A DNA stretch of 64,000 nucleotides, from NCBI GenBank assembly GCA_040752025.1, contig JBFMFR010000019.1:1-64000 (forward strand). Reading direction: 5' to 3'. The position numbers and the translations under genes are program-made. Positions 20,631 through 28,820 of this stretch are shown here, piece by piece; the first letter of the stretch is position 1; each line of letters begins with the position of its first letter. This stretch comes from Chloroflexota bacterium (lineage in GTDB: Bacteria > Chloroflexota > Anaerolineae > Anaerolineales > UBA4823). A model generated the notes under the pieces. That model did not search any database. It worked only from the letters and a program-made list of their open reading frames with translations, and had not been told where the DNA came from.

Positions 20631-22490
20631 GTGAAAATACACAGCGACTCGATCCGGAAACTGCTTACAATACCGTGGATAGCAGAAATCATAGCCCTCA
20701 TAGGCGGGTTGTGGAGCACTCTACAGCTTTGGCGTTTTGCCCATCTGCAAGACTCGGTGCTCGATGAGGGAGCTTATGTCTACAAAGGCTATTTATTTGC
20801 CAGTGGTCAATACCAGCCCTACCAGCCCTATGGGCCCTGGAGCAACCACATGCCGCTGGCCTTTCTCATCCCGGGTTACATCCAGGAATGGTTTGGGCCA
20901 GGCTTACGCACCGCGCGTCTGTTTGCCATATTCACAGCGATCCTGATGCTATTAGGCCTCTGGCTGCTCATCCGGCGGCTGAGCACGCGCGGGTGGGCCG
21001 CGAGCGCGATCTGGATCATGGCGCTAAACCCGGCCATGCTGAAAGCTTACAGCACGGCCGTATCGCAAGGATTGACTGCCTGCATGCTGGTCTGGGTTCT
21101 GGTGCTCGTTTTGGGAGAACGCCGTTCAGTCTGGCAGTTGGTGCTGGGGTCAATCCTGGCCGGATTGATCGTGATGACGCGCGAAAATATGCTCCCGATC
21201 CTGCCCCTCCTGGTGCTCTATTTGCTTTGGGAATATGGCTGGCGGATTGGCCTGCTATCGGCCTTCGCCAGCGGCCTGACCTTGATCTTCTTTTTCGCCC
21301 TGTACTGGCCCAATATCATGCAAGTGTGGAATCGTCTGCCGCGCTGGGCCACTCCCTTTCTGAGCGCCTGGCGGCTTCCCAAGGACTACGATGGCACTTG
21401 GGACCCTACGGTCACCAACGCCGGTCGCGTTTTGAGCTTCTTCCATGCACTGCGCTTTCAATTTGCCAGCATCATAGGCCCTCTCGCAGCAGTACTGCTT
21501 TGGCCCAAGACTTGGAAAAGCAAAGCTCAATTCCGCAGCGGGGTTTTTCTCCTGGCGCTTTTCGTGGCCTTGATGGCCACGCACATGTGGGCTGCTCTGG
21601 GCAAAGAGTATTGTGTTTTCTGCCTGGCAGGTTACGTGGCATTCTTCTCTCCCTTGGGCCTGATCCTGCTGATCCTGACCTTTCAAAACTGGCGCAGCCA
21701 GCTCCCCATCTGGTTGCAAGTAATCATTATCGTTATGATCTTATCCAGCAGCGCCGGGTTGGGTTTTGGATCTTTCGAAGAATTAGGCAAATCTATCTAC
21801 AATATCAGCATTCCGCAATGGCTGTTGGGTTCAAGTACCCCGGGTTCGGCCGCCCTGGGTGCAGTGTTGGTCAACAAATTCGGCCTGCTGGCGCAAGATT
21901 TACGCCGAATCTTGCCCACCGTCTTTGGCTTTGCCTTAGGGGTTTTGGTATTGCTCCTGGCCTGGAGCGCCAGGAAAATCACCCATTCCAGGCGCCAATC
22001 GTTTGGATACTGGTCTTTGGTTACTTTTCTTGTTCTCGGGATTTTGCTCAGCCCAACCCTGGTTCTGGGCGGCGGTTATAATGCTTATGACTGTTCAGAA
22101 GATGTAATCGCTTCTTACGAAGCTGCCGGGCAGCACCTGGCTGCCACGATTCCCCCTGGCTCACGCGTTTACTGGCGCGGCACTCTTTCTGCTGTTCCGC
22201 TGCTGTATGTGCCGGACATCCGCATCTATCCGCCCCAAATCAACGATGGCTACACTTACCTGGAAGGCGGTGAAGATCTGGATCAGATCTATCGCCTGGG
22301 CAGGTGGAACGAAGCTCTGGCGCGCCAGTGGTTGGATGAAGCCGATATCTTGCTGGTCGAAGCCCGCTTTTTCAAAGGCTGGCTGCGCGACGCCATCATG
22401 ACTCTGCCCCTAGAACAATTACCACCCACGCCGCCCACCGTTTATTGCCGGGAAGACTCGCAAATCTTGATCTTCAAGAAAATCCCCTGA
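20631..22490 (+). CDS. GT-C fold membrane glycosyltransferase (family 39/83, ArnT/PMT-like)
   Basis: 619 aa, about 12 TM segments. Early periplasmic loop DEGAYVYKGY (the DE motif of ArnT/PMT-type transferases). GTG start. Confidence 0.65.
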   Translation: MKIHSDSIRKLLTIPWIAEIIALIGGLWSTLQLWRFAHLQDSVLDEGAYVYKGYLFASGQYQPYQPYGPWSNHMPLAFLIPGYIQEWFGPGLRTARLFAIFTAILMLLGLWLLIRRLSTRGWAASAIWIMALNPAMLKAYSTAVSQGLTACMLVWVLVLVLGERRSVWQLVLGSILAGLIVMTRENMLPILPLLVLYLLWEYGWRIGLLSAFASGLTLIFFFALYWPNIMQVWNRLPRWATPFLSAWRLPKDYDGTWDPTVTNAGRVLSFFHALRFQFASIIGPLAAVLLWPKTWKSKAQFRSGVFLLALFVALMATHMWAALGKEYCVFCLAGYVAFFSPLGLILLILTFQNWRSQLPIWLQVIIIVMILSSSAGLGFGSFEELGKSIYNISIPQWLLGSSTPGSAALGAVLVNKFGLLAQDLRRILPTVFGFALGVLVLLLAWSARKITHSRRQSFGYWSLVTFLVLGILLSPTLVLGGGYNAYDCSEDVIASYEAAGQHLAATIPPGSRVYWRGTLSAVPLLYVPDIRIYPPQINDGYTYLEGGEDLDQIYRLGRWNEALARQWLDEADILLVEARFFKGWLRDAIMTLPLEQLPPTPPTVYCREDSQILIFKKIP

Positions 22491-22503
22491 TCTACATCTC
22501 GAA

Positions 22504-23370
22504 TCAGCCCGATCCCACCAGTTTAGCCAGAACGATCCAATCGCCTGGGTGATTGGCAAACTTCACCCCTTGACAGGCAACACCGGCCTTCACCAGCCGC
22601 TCCACGGCGCGTTCTACTGCCACCAGACGCCAGCCAAACAGCTTGCGGATATCACCCACCCGAGCCGCACCAACCGAAATCAGATAGGCTTCCAATAGTC
22701 TCTGGCAGGCCTGGTTTTCTGTGATCTCGTGTGCCTGGTCAGGTAGTTCTGGATAGTGGCGCGCCACGACATCATAAGCAAAGGCGTAATGCCAGGCGCC
22801 GGCCTGTGTCACCCGCACCGGCAAAATCTTGAAATCCGCCTGCAGGTTGGTCAAAGCCCGGTTGAAGCGCCCCTCGCTGCCCACGCCCGATAGGTGTGTG
22901 GCCCGTCGTAGTGCGGGTGTATCTAACGCCCCCTCGTCCAACAGCACCTCGTACACCGTTTTTGCTTCCTGCGTCAACTTCCCCTGTTCGTACAGGGTCA
23001 AATAATCATCCTCGTAAGAGCCGTAGTTCTCAGACAGGGCATAGAAATAGGGCAATAGATCGAAGGAAATCATCGTAGCTTTCTTGCGCAGCACCTTGGC
23101 GTAGTACCAATCCCGCCCGCCCAGTAATGCATCCTTCCAACCCCAGGTAATATGACCTGGATCGTCGTGAGCATCCGCCACCGGACGGTCCCCCGCCGCC
23201 GCCACCCACAGGCTGGGCAACACCACGCCGGTGATCGGCCAAAAATAGACAAAGCCGCGCTCATTTACCCACCGTACAGCTTCTTCGGGTGTGTGAACAC
23301 GCCTACCGGGTAATGCACAGAAAACTTCAGATCGATAGCTTTGGATAGATTTGAAAGATGAATCTGGCAT
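22504..23370 (-). CDS. Hypothetical protein (possible winged-helix/YcaQ-like); function unknown
   Basis: 288-aa ORF with good coding character; no motif recognised with confidence. Confidence 0.4.
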   Translation of the reverse strand: MPDSSFKSIQSYRSEVFCALPGRRVHTPEEAVRWVNERGFVYFWPITGVVLPSLWVAAAGDRPVADAHDDPGHITWGWKDALLGGRDWYYAKVLRKKATMISFDLLPYFYALSENYGSYEDDYLTLYEQGKLTQEAKTVYEVLLDEGALDTPALRRATHLSGVGSEGRFNRALTNLQADFKILPVRVTQAGAWHYAFAYDVVARHYPELPDQAHEITENQACQRLLEAYLISVGAARVGDIRKLFGWRLVAVERAVERLVKAGVACQGVKFANHPGDWIVLAKLVGSG

Positions 23371-23387
23371 TGCAAGATTTTACCAGA

Positions 23388-24395
23388 TTACCCCTGGCGT
23401 TTCACGACTGTCTCGGCCAATGCAAACATCCCCGAAACATAAACCGAGTCTGGCAGCCTGGCTAATGCACTTTGCCCCTGTGCCGCCAGCCGCCGCGCCT
23501 CCTCCATCGCTGCTTCAACGGCTCCGGCCCGGCGCACCTTTTCGATCAGGCGCTCAATCGCCGGATGGTTGCCATCTCGCTCGTTTAACACAACCAGCAG
23601 GTCAGCATCATCCGGGTTTGCCTCAGCGTAGATAATCGCCGGCAGAGTGAACAGGCCCTGGCGCAGATCACTCCCGATAGGCTTGCCCACCTGCTCGATT
23701 GAACCAGAAATATCGAGTACATCATCCACAATCTGAAACGCCATCCCCACATCATGCCCATATTCGACGATGGCCTCCAGGAGCTCGCTCTCGGCCTGCG
23801 CTAAAATTGCTGGGGCTTGCATTGCCAGGACGAACATTGCAGCCGTCTTTGCGTAGATGCGCTGGTAGTATTCCTTCCGGTCGATCTGCCAGCGCGAGAA
23901 GCGCTGAGCAATTTCACCATTTAGGACCACCATCAAGGTCCTGACAAAAAGTTCCATCACCTTCAGGTCTCCTGCCTGTAACACCAGGTTGGCGGCCCTG
24001 GAAAACAGGTAATCGCCCGCCAGGACAGCCGCGTCGGGATCCCAGGTTGAGTTCAACGTGGGCGCGCTTCGCCGCATCGAGGCCCCATCGATTAGATCAT
24101 CGTGAACCAATGTAGCGGTGTGCAGCAATTCGATCCCGGCTGCAACAACAACTGCGTTTTCGAAATCGGCATCGAAGCTGCCAGCCGATAGCAAGCACAG
24201 CGCCGGCCGCACGCGCTTTCCACCAGCCCGCAGCAGACCATCGATCACCGCGGTCAGCAAAATATGTTCATCCGCCGCAGCCTGTCGCAGTCTGGCTTCG
24301 ACTGCCTGCATGCCAGATTGCACAGGTGCAATCCAGGGAAGGATAGCCGGCACAATCATAGGTGTAAGCGTATCTAGCAAATCAGCGCTGGCCAT
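23388..24395 (-). CDS. Trans-polyprenyl diphosphate synthase (hepta/octaprenyl type, IspB/HepT family)
   Basis: First and second aspartate-rich motifs LVHDDLIDGASMRR and IVDDVLD. 335 aa. Confidence 0.85.
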   Translation of the reverse strand: MASADLLDTLTPMIVPAILPWIAPVQSGMQAVEARLRQAAADEHILLTAVIDGLLRAGGKRVRPALCLLSAGSFDADFENAVVVAAGIELLHTATLVHDDLIDGASMRRSAPTLNSTWDPDAAVLAGDYLFSRAANLVLQAGDLKVMELFVRTLMVVLNGEIAQRFSRWQIDRKEYYQRIYAKTAAMFVLAMQAPAILAQAESELLEAIVEYGHDVGMAFQIVDDVLDISGSIEQVGKPIGSDLRQGLFTLPAIIYAEANPDDADLLVVLNERDGNHPAIERLIEKVRRAGAVEAAMEEARRLAAQGQSALARLPDSVYVSGMFALAETVVKRQG

Positions 24396-24409
24396 AGCAA
24401 TACTCCAAA

Positions 24410-24949
24410 CTAACTCCGGATCGTTTTATTCAGCAATTTTACAAGCCGGTCACTTGTCTTGGCGGCCTTCTTCAAAGTTTCGGTGGGCAATTCTTCTGCT
24501 TGCTCGTATACACTCATGACAACATCGAAGAACTCCAACATTTCCCGCAAACGTTCGCATACGTGAGCATCCACTTGATTGTCATCTCTGACTTCCTCCA
24601 CGCTTTTCTGCAAGATCGCCATCGCCGGATCGATCTCGCGCCGCTTGCGCTCGCGCAAGATCACCCGGAACATCTCCCACACGTCACTCATCGTCTCGAA
24701 ATGATCCCGGCGGTCCCCCAGGATGTGCACGGTGCGCACGACCCCCCATCCCAGCAATTCTCGCAGGCCCGTGCTTACAGTAGAACGAGCAATCGACAGA
24801 GTCTCGCTGATCTCCTCTGCTGTCAAAGGGCTGGGCGAAAGGTACAACATTGCATAAATTTGCGCCATCGTACGGTTCAAACCCCAACTTGTTCCCATCT
24901 CACCCCAGTGCAGGATGAACTTTTTCATAACCGGAGTCAATTCAGCCAT
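24410..24949 (-). CDS. GbsR/MarR-type winged-helix transcriptional regulator
   Basis: 179 aa. N-terminal wHTH (TAEEISETLSIARSTVSTGLRELLGWGVV) plus C-terminal helical domain, as in the GbsR family. Confidence 0.65.
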   Translation of the reverse strand: MAELTPVMKKFILHWGEMGTSWGLNRTMAQIYAMLYLSPSPLTAEEISETLSIARSTVSTGLRELLGWGVVRTVHILGDRRDHFETMSDVWEMFRVILRERKRREIDPAMAILQKSVEEVRDDNQVDAHVCERLREMLEFFDVVMSVYEQAEELPTETLKKAAKTSDRLVKLLNKTIRS

Positions 24950-24986
24950 TGTTTTTGCAGCCTGTTCTCTACGTATATTTCAGTTA

Positions 24987-25030
24987 TTTTCGATTTTACC
25001 GAAATAATCGAAATTTGTCAAACCGAAATT
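24987..25030. promoter_or_regulatory. Cluster of inverted/direct repeats (TTTTCGATTTT / AATCGAAATT / ACCGAAAT x2) just upstream of the GbsR-type regulator gene; candidate autoregulatory operator
   Basis: Seen in sequence: ttttcgattttaccgaaataatcgaaatttgtcaaaccgaaatt, 40 to 80 nt upstream of the regulator start. Confidence 0.3.
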
Positions 25031-25059
25031 ACACACCCTTCTCGTAAGCGCCTCGCCGA

Positions 25060-25587
25060 TCAGGGCACAGTGAATTCCTGCAACTGGCGTTCTATCGTTA
25101 TATATTTCGTCTGGCAGTTGAATGATTCGCCCCCAAAATCGCGCTCGCACCAGCGGATCCGGTATTTGCCAAAGTCAGAAATTGGATACTCCCCATAGTA
25201 ATTGGGAGCCAGCCAACCCAGGAAAATAATCTCGCCAGAATTCTTGAAGCGATACAGGTTGACGTTAACGCCCGTTTTATTCCGAATCCGGTACCACAAG
25301 CCAGTCAGAGTCGTGGGCGTAAAGCTGAAAGTTGCCCAACCCGTAGATTCTGCGCTGGGCAATTCAGTAGGTGTCTCCGTGATGGTGGGCGCAGCGCTTG
25401 GTGCAGGTGTGTCTGTGGCAATTGGCTCAACAACCTCAGGAAGTGGGGTATCGGTTGGCACAGGCGTATCACTGGGCACAGGCGTCTCGGTTGGAGTAGC
25501 CGCCCGGAAAGTTGGGAAAGAGCAGCTTGCCACCAGGCTGGCACAAACAATCACCATGCTACATACGCGCCCAAAGGGAATCCTCAT
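25060..25587 (-). CDS. Secreted protein: signal peptide, Pro/Thr-rich linker, about 80-aa C-terminal two-Cys domain paralogous to the ectodomain of the adjacent Ser/Thr kinase
   Basis: C-terminus YRIRNKTGVNVNLYRFKNSGEIIFLGWLAPNYYGEYPISDFGKYRIRWCERDFGGESFNCQTKYITIERQLQEFTVP aligns along its length with the kinase C-terminus (VQIRNRTGGDANLYRIGSSGNRNFLGWLSNGFYGIYTFPSLGSWTIEYCQRDAQGNDANCRQKDIDVSESGQEFAVP). Confidence 0.6.
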   Translation of the reverse strand: MRIPFGRVCSMVIVCASLVASCSFPTFRAATPTETPVPSDTPVPTDTPLPEVVEPIATDTPAPSAAPTITETPTELPSAESTGWATFSFTPTTLTGLWYRIRNKTGVNVNLYRFKNSGEIIFLGWLAPNYYGEYPISDFGKYRIRWCERDFGGESFNCQTKYITIERQLQEFTVP

Positions 25588-25607
25588 CGTTTTATTCCTT
25601 TCTGAAC

Positions 25608-27137
25608 CTAAGGCACTGCAAACTCCTGCCCGGACTCGGAAACATCAATATCCTTCTGTCGGCAATTGGCATCATTACCCTGCGCGTCGCGTTGACAGTA
25701 TTCGATCGTCCAACTGCCCAGCGACGGGAAAGTATATATCCCATAAAACCCATTGGACAGCCAACCCAGGAAATTCCTATTGCCCGAACTTCCAATACGA
25801 TACAGGTTGGCGTCCCCGCCAGTTCTGTTACGAATCTGCACTTTTACAGTTCCCTGCACCGGAGGCGATGTGGGACTCGGCTCCACCCGCGTCGCTGTTG
25901 GTGGGGGTTGTGTAGGAACCCTGGTGGGTACCGGCGTGGCTGATGCGTTTACTGCGGGTTGCGGAGTCGGCAAAACTGGACTGGTTGCAGTGGGGCGTGT
26001 TTCGATCCTTTGTGTGGCCGGCGCGCTGGTCACGAACATCCTCTGCAGTGCGGTTTGTGTTGCTCGCAGGTTCGTTACGTCCCCTCTATTGCCCAACATG
26101 GCTGCCACCAGCAATACAACCACAAGCAATCCCCCCCCACCCAGCCCCAGCCCGGCGATCAATAGCCAGGGGATACTGCTGCGTCGGGGTGGCTGTTGGC
26201 GAACCTCCGAAACAACTTCGCTGCTGCCATAACTGACCTCACGTGTGCCAGGCTGGACAACCTGTGTTGCCACAGCAGGCAATGAAACTTGTGTGACAGC
26301 TTCTGGTCTTCTGGCCGGCGTTGTTGACAACGCCGTCCAAAAGGCATCCACAGTCAAATAGCGATTTTGTGCCTGCACTGCCATCGCTTTGAGGATGGCA
26401 GCCTCCACTTGCGTGCTAACCTCTGGATTCAGCTCACTTGGGGGTGTAAGATCTGCCTGCCCGGCTACCCTAAGAACACTCTCTACTGGCACCTCACCGG
26501 TCAGCAAGGCATACATTGTTGCCCCCAGTGCGTAAATATCTGATCGGCTATCGGTGCCCGTTCCGCTGTATTGTTCTGGGGGGCTGAAGCCCGGAGTAAC
26601 GGCTTTTGCAGCCGCGGCAGTCGCCATGTTCGGGGTAAAGGTTTTAGCAATCCCAAAGTCCACCAACACCGCTCGGCCCTCAGAGGTGATGCGGATATTG
26701 GCTGGCTTGACATCCCGGTGGATGATCGGCTTCGTCCGGCTGTGCAAATACTTCAGCGCGTCGCATACCTGCCCCATCCACTCCAGGATCTGCGCCTCCG
26801 CCAGGTGACCGGGCTCGCCGGGTAAATTGGCGTGATCCAGCTTCTCCTGTAGATCCTCCCCATCGATATATTCCATTACCAAATATTGACCCATGCCCTG
26901 GATCGTAAAATAATCCGTCACCTTAGGTAGATGGGCATGATTCAAGTTAGCCAACATCGAGGCTTCGAGGGCAAATTGGCGCGCCGCCTCTTCAGATATC
27001 TCCGTATTGATTTTCACAGCACATGGGGCCTTCAAGTTGAGATCCCAGGCGCGATAAATTGCCCCAAAACCGCCCTGTCCGAGTTTCCGAACTATTCGGT
27101 AGCGATTATTCAGTATTCTTCCGGAATCCAGATCCAT
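25608..27137 (-). CDS. PknB-like Ser/Thr protein kinase: kinase domain, one TM, Pro/Thr linker, small extracellular two-Cys domain
   Basis: YRIVRKLGQGGFGAIYRAWD...AVK (ATP site), HRDVKPANI (catalytic loop), DFGIAK. Hydrophobic stretch WLLIAGLGLGGGGLLVVVLLVAAMLG. Start at MDLDSG with AGGAG RBS. Confidence 0.85.
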   Translation of the reverse strand: MDLDSGRILNNRYRIVRKLGQGGFGAIYRAWDLNLKAPCAVKINTEISEEAARQFALEASMLANLNHAHLPKVTDYFTIQGMGQYLVMEYIDGEDLQEKLDHANLPGEPGHLAEAQILEWMGQVCDALKYLHSRTKPIIHRDVKPANIRITSEGRAVLVDFGIAKTFTPNMATAAAAKAVTPGFSPPEQYSGTGTDSRSDIYALGATMYALLTGEVPVESVLRVAGQADLTPPSELNPEVSTQVEAAILKAMAVQAQNRYLTVDAFWTALSTTPARRPEAVTQVSLPAVATQVVQPGTREVSYGSSEVVSEVRQQPPRRSSIPWLLIAGLGLGGGGLLVVVLLVAAMLGNRGDVTNLRATQTALQRMFVTSAPATQRIETRPTATSPVLPTPQPAVNASATPVPTRVPTQPPPTATRVEPSPTSPPVQGTVKVQIRNRTGGDANLYRIGSSGNRNFLGWLSNGFYGIYTFPSLGSWTIEYCQRDAQGNDANCRQKDIDVSESGQEFAVP

Positions 27138-27294
27138 AACACTGCTCCTGGAACACGATACCTGTAAACCTGTACACACACTTCACTAGTTAAGATTGTA
27201 GATCGAAAGCAAAGGGCTGTCAAGCATCATAAGGGTGATACCAGAATCATCCTTCCGGATTATTGAAATCCCTCCACACAATCCAGCCGGGTTG

Positions 27295-27323
27295 ATGACA
27301 ATTGCGAGTAGATTTGGTAAATT
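27295..27323 (+). promoter_or_regulatory. Sigma-70-type promoter: -35 ATGACA, 17-nt spacer, extended -10 TGgTAAATT (core motif GTTGATGACAAT-N11-TTTGGTAAATT)
   Basis: Seen in sequence. The identical flanking motif recurs at 39216..39247 upstream of ctaA-ctaB. Lies 38 nt upstream of the 27361 ATG. Confidence 0.5.
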
Positions 27324-27360
27324 ATCGTTGTCAGATTTGTGTCTTACTGAGTTATCTTTC

Positions 27361-27795
27361 ATGAAACACACCAGTCAAACGCCCACCAGACGTGTACTGA
27401 TCGCCTCCAGCCATCCACTCTTTGGCCAGGGGTTACGTAGCCTGCTGCATGAACGCCGCCAGACAGGCGTCGAAGTCATTGGCATGGTCTCTAATCTAGA
27501 AGAAGCTCTGCAAGCGATCGAGCAATTGACTCCCGATCTGGTGATCGTTGATTACGATGATCAGGCGCTCAACCGTGATGAATTCCTGGCTCGCTTTGTA
27601 GAAGGCGAAAAGAAGCTGCGCGTGGTTTTGCTTTCCCTGCAAAGCAGCAGCCAGGCCATCATTTACGACCGGCGTACCCTGGCGGCCGCAAAAATCGACG
27701 ACTGGCTAGAGGAGTGGCGTTCTAACAGTGAAATCCCCATTACATCCGCCGAAAATGGCGCACTTCCACCGAAAACCCCAAGCAGGAGTTCAAAT
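27361..27795 (+). other. Receiver-domain-like (degenerate, pseudo-receiver) ORF segment in frame with, and with no stop before, coxB
   Basis: RRVLIASSHPLFGQGLRSLLHERRQTGVEVIGMVSNLEEALQAIEQLTPDLVIVDYDD...LRVVLLSLQSS has NarL/LuxR-type receiver topology. The acidic pair is SS instead of DD and the conserved Lys is missing. Reads through into MKHLVIAGF (coxB) in the same frame. Confidence 0.45.
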
Positions 27796-28806
27796 ATGAA
27801 ACATCTTGTCATCGCAGGTTTCCTGGTTGTGCTTGTCACCGCCTTGCTCATTTTAGGCCTGGGACAGGCGCACCTGCTGCCCATTCAAGCCAGCGCCCAG
27901 GCCAGACCCATCGACCAGCTATTCCGCCTGGAATTTATGGTGATAGCCTTCCTCTTTTCTCTTATCGTCGTCTTTATGATCTATAGCATCTTCGTTTTCC
28001 GGCGCAAGCCCGGCGACACCAGCGACGCTCGCCACGTGGAAGGCAATACCCGCCTGGAAGTTGCCTGGACCGTTGCTCCGCTGGCACTTGTAATGGTTTT
28101 CGCCTACCTGGGCGGCGATTCGCTCTCCGAGACACTGCGCGCCGATCCCAGGCCGCTGGAGATCAATGTAATCGGGCAGCAGTGGACCTGGCGATTCGAA
28201 TATCCCGATTACAACCTGACCTCTAGCACGCTTTATATGCCGGTCGATAAACAGGCCATCTTGCACCTGAGTTCAGCAGACGTTATCCATTCCTTTTGGG
28301 TGCCGGAGTTCCGGGTAAAGCAAGATGCCCTGCCCGGAGGGGACGATTTTATCCGCGACTTACGTATCACGCCAACGCTCATCGGCGATTACAAAGTGCG
28401 CTGTGCTGAGCTTTGTGGGTTACAACATGCCCTGATGGAGAGCCCTGTAAAAGTTGTCTCGCAAGCAGATTTCGATGTCTGGCTCGCCGAACAGTCCGAT
28501 TTCAACGCCGATCCGGTAGCCCGCGGCGAGAAGGCTGTCAAGGATTACGGCTGCCTGGCCTGCCACAGCCTGGATGGCTCCAAAGGTATTGGCCCTACCT
28601 GGAAAAGCCTTCTCGGCCGCCAGGAGAAACTCACTGATGGCAGTACAGTCACAGTGGATGAGTCCTACCTTCGCTATTCGATCCTCAATCCGAACAGCCA
28701 GATCGTTGAGGGTTTCCCGGCTGGAGTCATGCCACAGAACTTCGCCCAGCAGCTTTCACAAGCCACTCTCGCCGATATCATCGCCTATCTGTCCACGTTG
28801 AAATAG
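27796..28806 (+). CDS. coxB: Cytochrome c oxidase subunit II with fused C-terminal cytochrome c domain (caa3-type)
   Basis: Two N-terminal TM segments. CuA site HSFWVPEF...CAELCGLQHALM. C-terminal heme-binding CLACHS. Strong internal RBS AGGAG 6 nt before the ATG at 27796. Confidence 0.85.
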   Translation: MKHLVIAGFLVVLVTALLILGLGQAHLLPIQASAQARPIDQLFRLEFMVIAFLFSLIVVFMIYSIFVFRRKPGDTSDARHVEGNTRLEVAWTVAPLALVMVFAYLGGDSLSETLRADPRPLEINVIGQQWTWRFEYPDYNLTSSTLYMPVDKQAILHLSSADVIHSFWVPEFRVKQDALPGGDDFIRDLRITPTLIGDYKVRCAELCGLQHALMESPVKVVSQADFDVWLAEQSDFNADPVARGEKAVKDYGCLACHSLDGSKGIGPTWKSLLGRQEKLTDGSTVTVDESYLRYSILNPNSQIVEGFPAGVMPQNFAQQLSQATLADIIAYLSTLK

Positions 28807-28820
28807 GCCCGGAGGTTGCA

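Noticed and set aside
20888-22081. 397-aa plus-strand ORF in an alternative frame inside the GT-C glycosyltransferase gene
   Set aside because: Arg/Pro/Gly-rich nonsense frame. The 20631 frame gives a coherent 12-TM glycosyltransferase.
27235-27360. ORF-track start at 27235 for the coxB reading frame
   Set aside because: This start lies upstream of and across the mapped promoter elements (27295..27323). The first plausible ATG downstream of the promoter is 27361.
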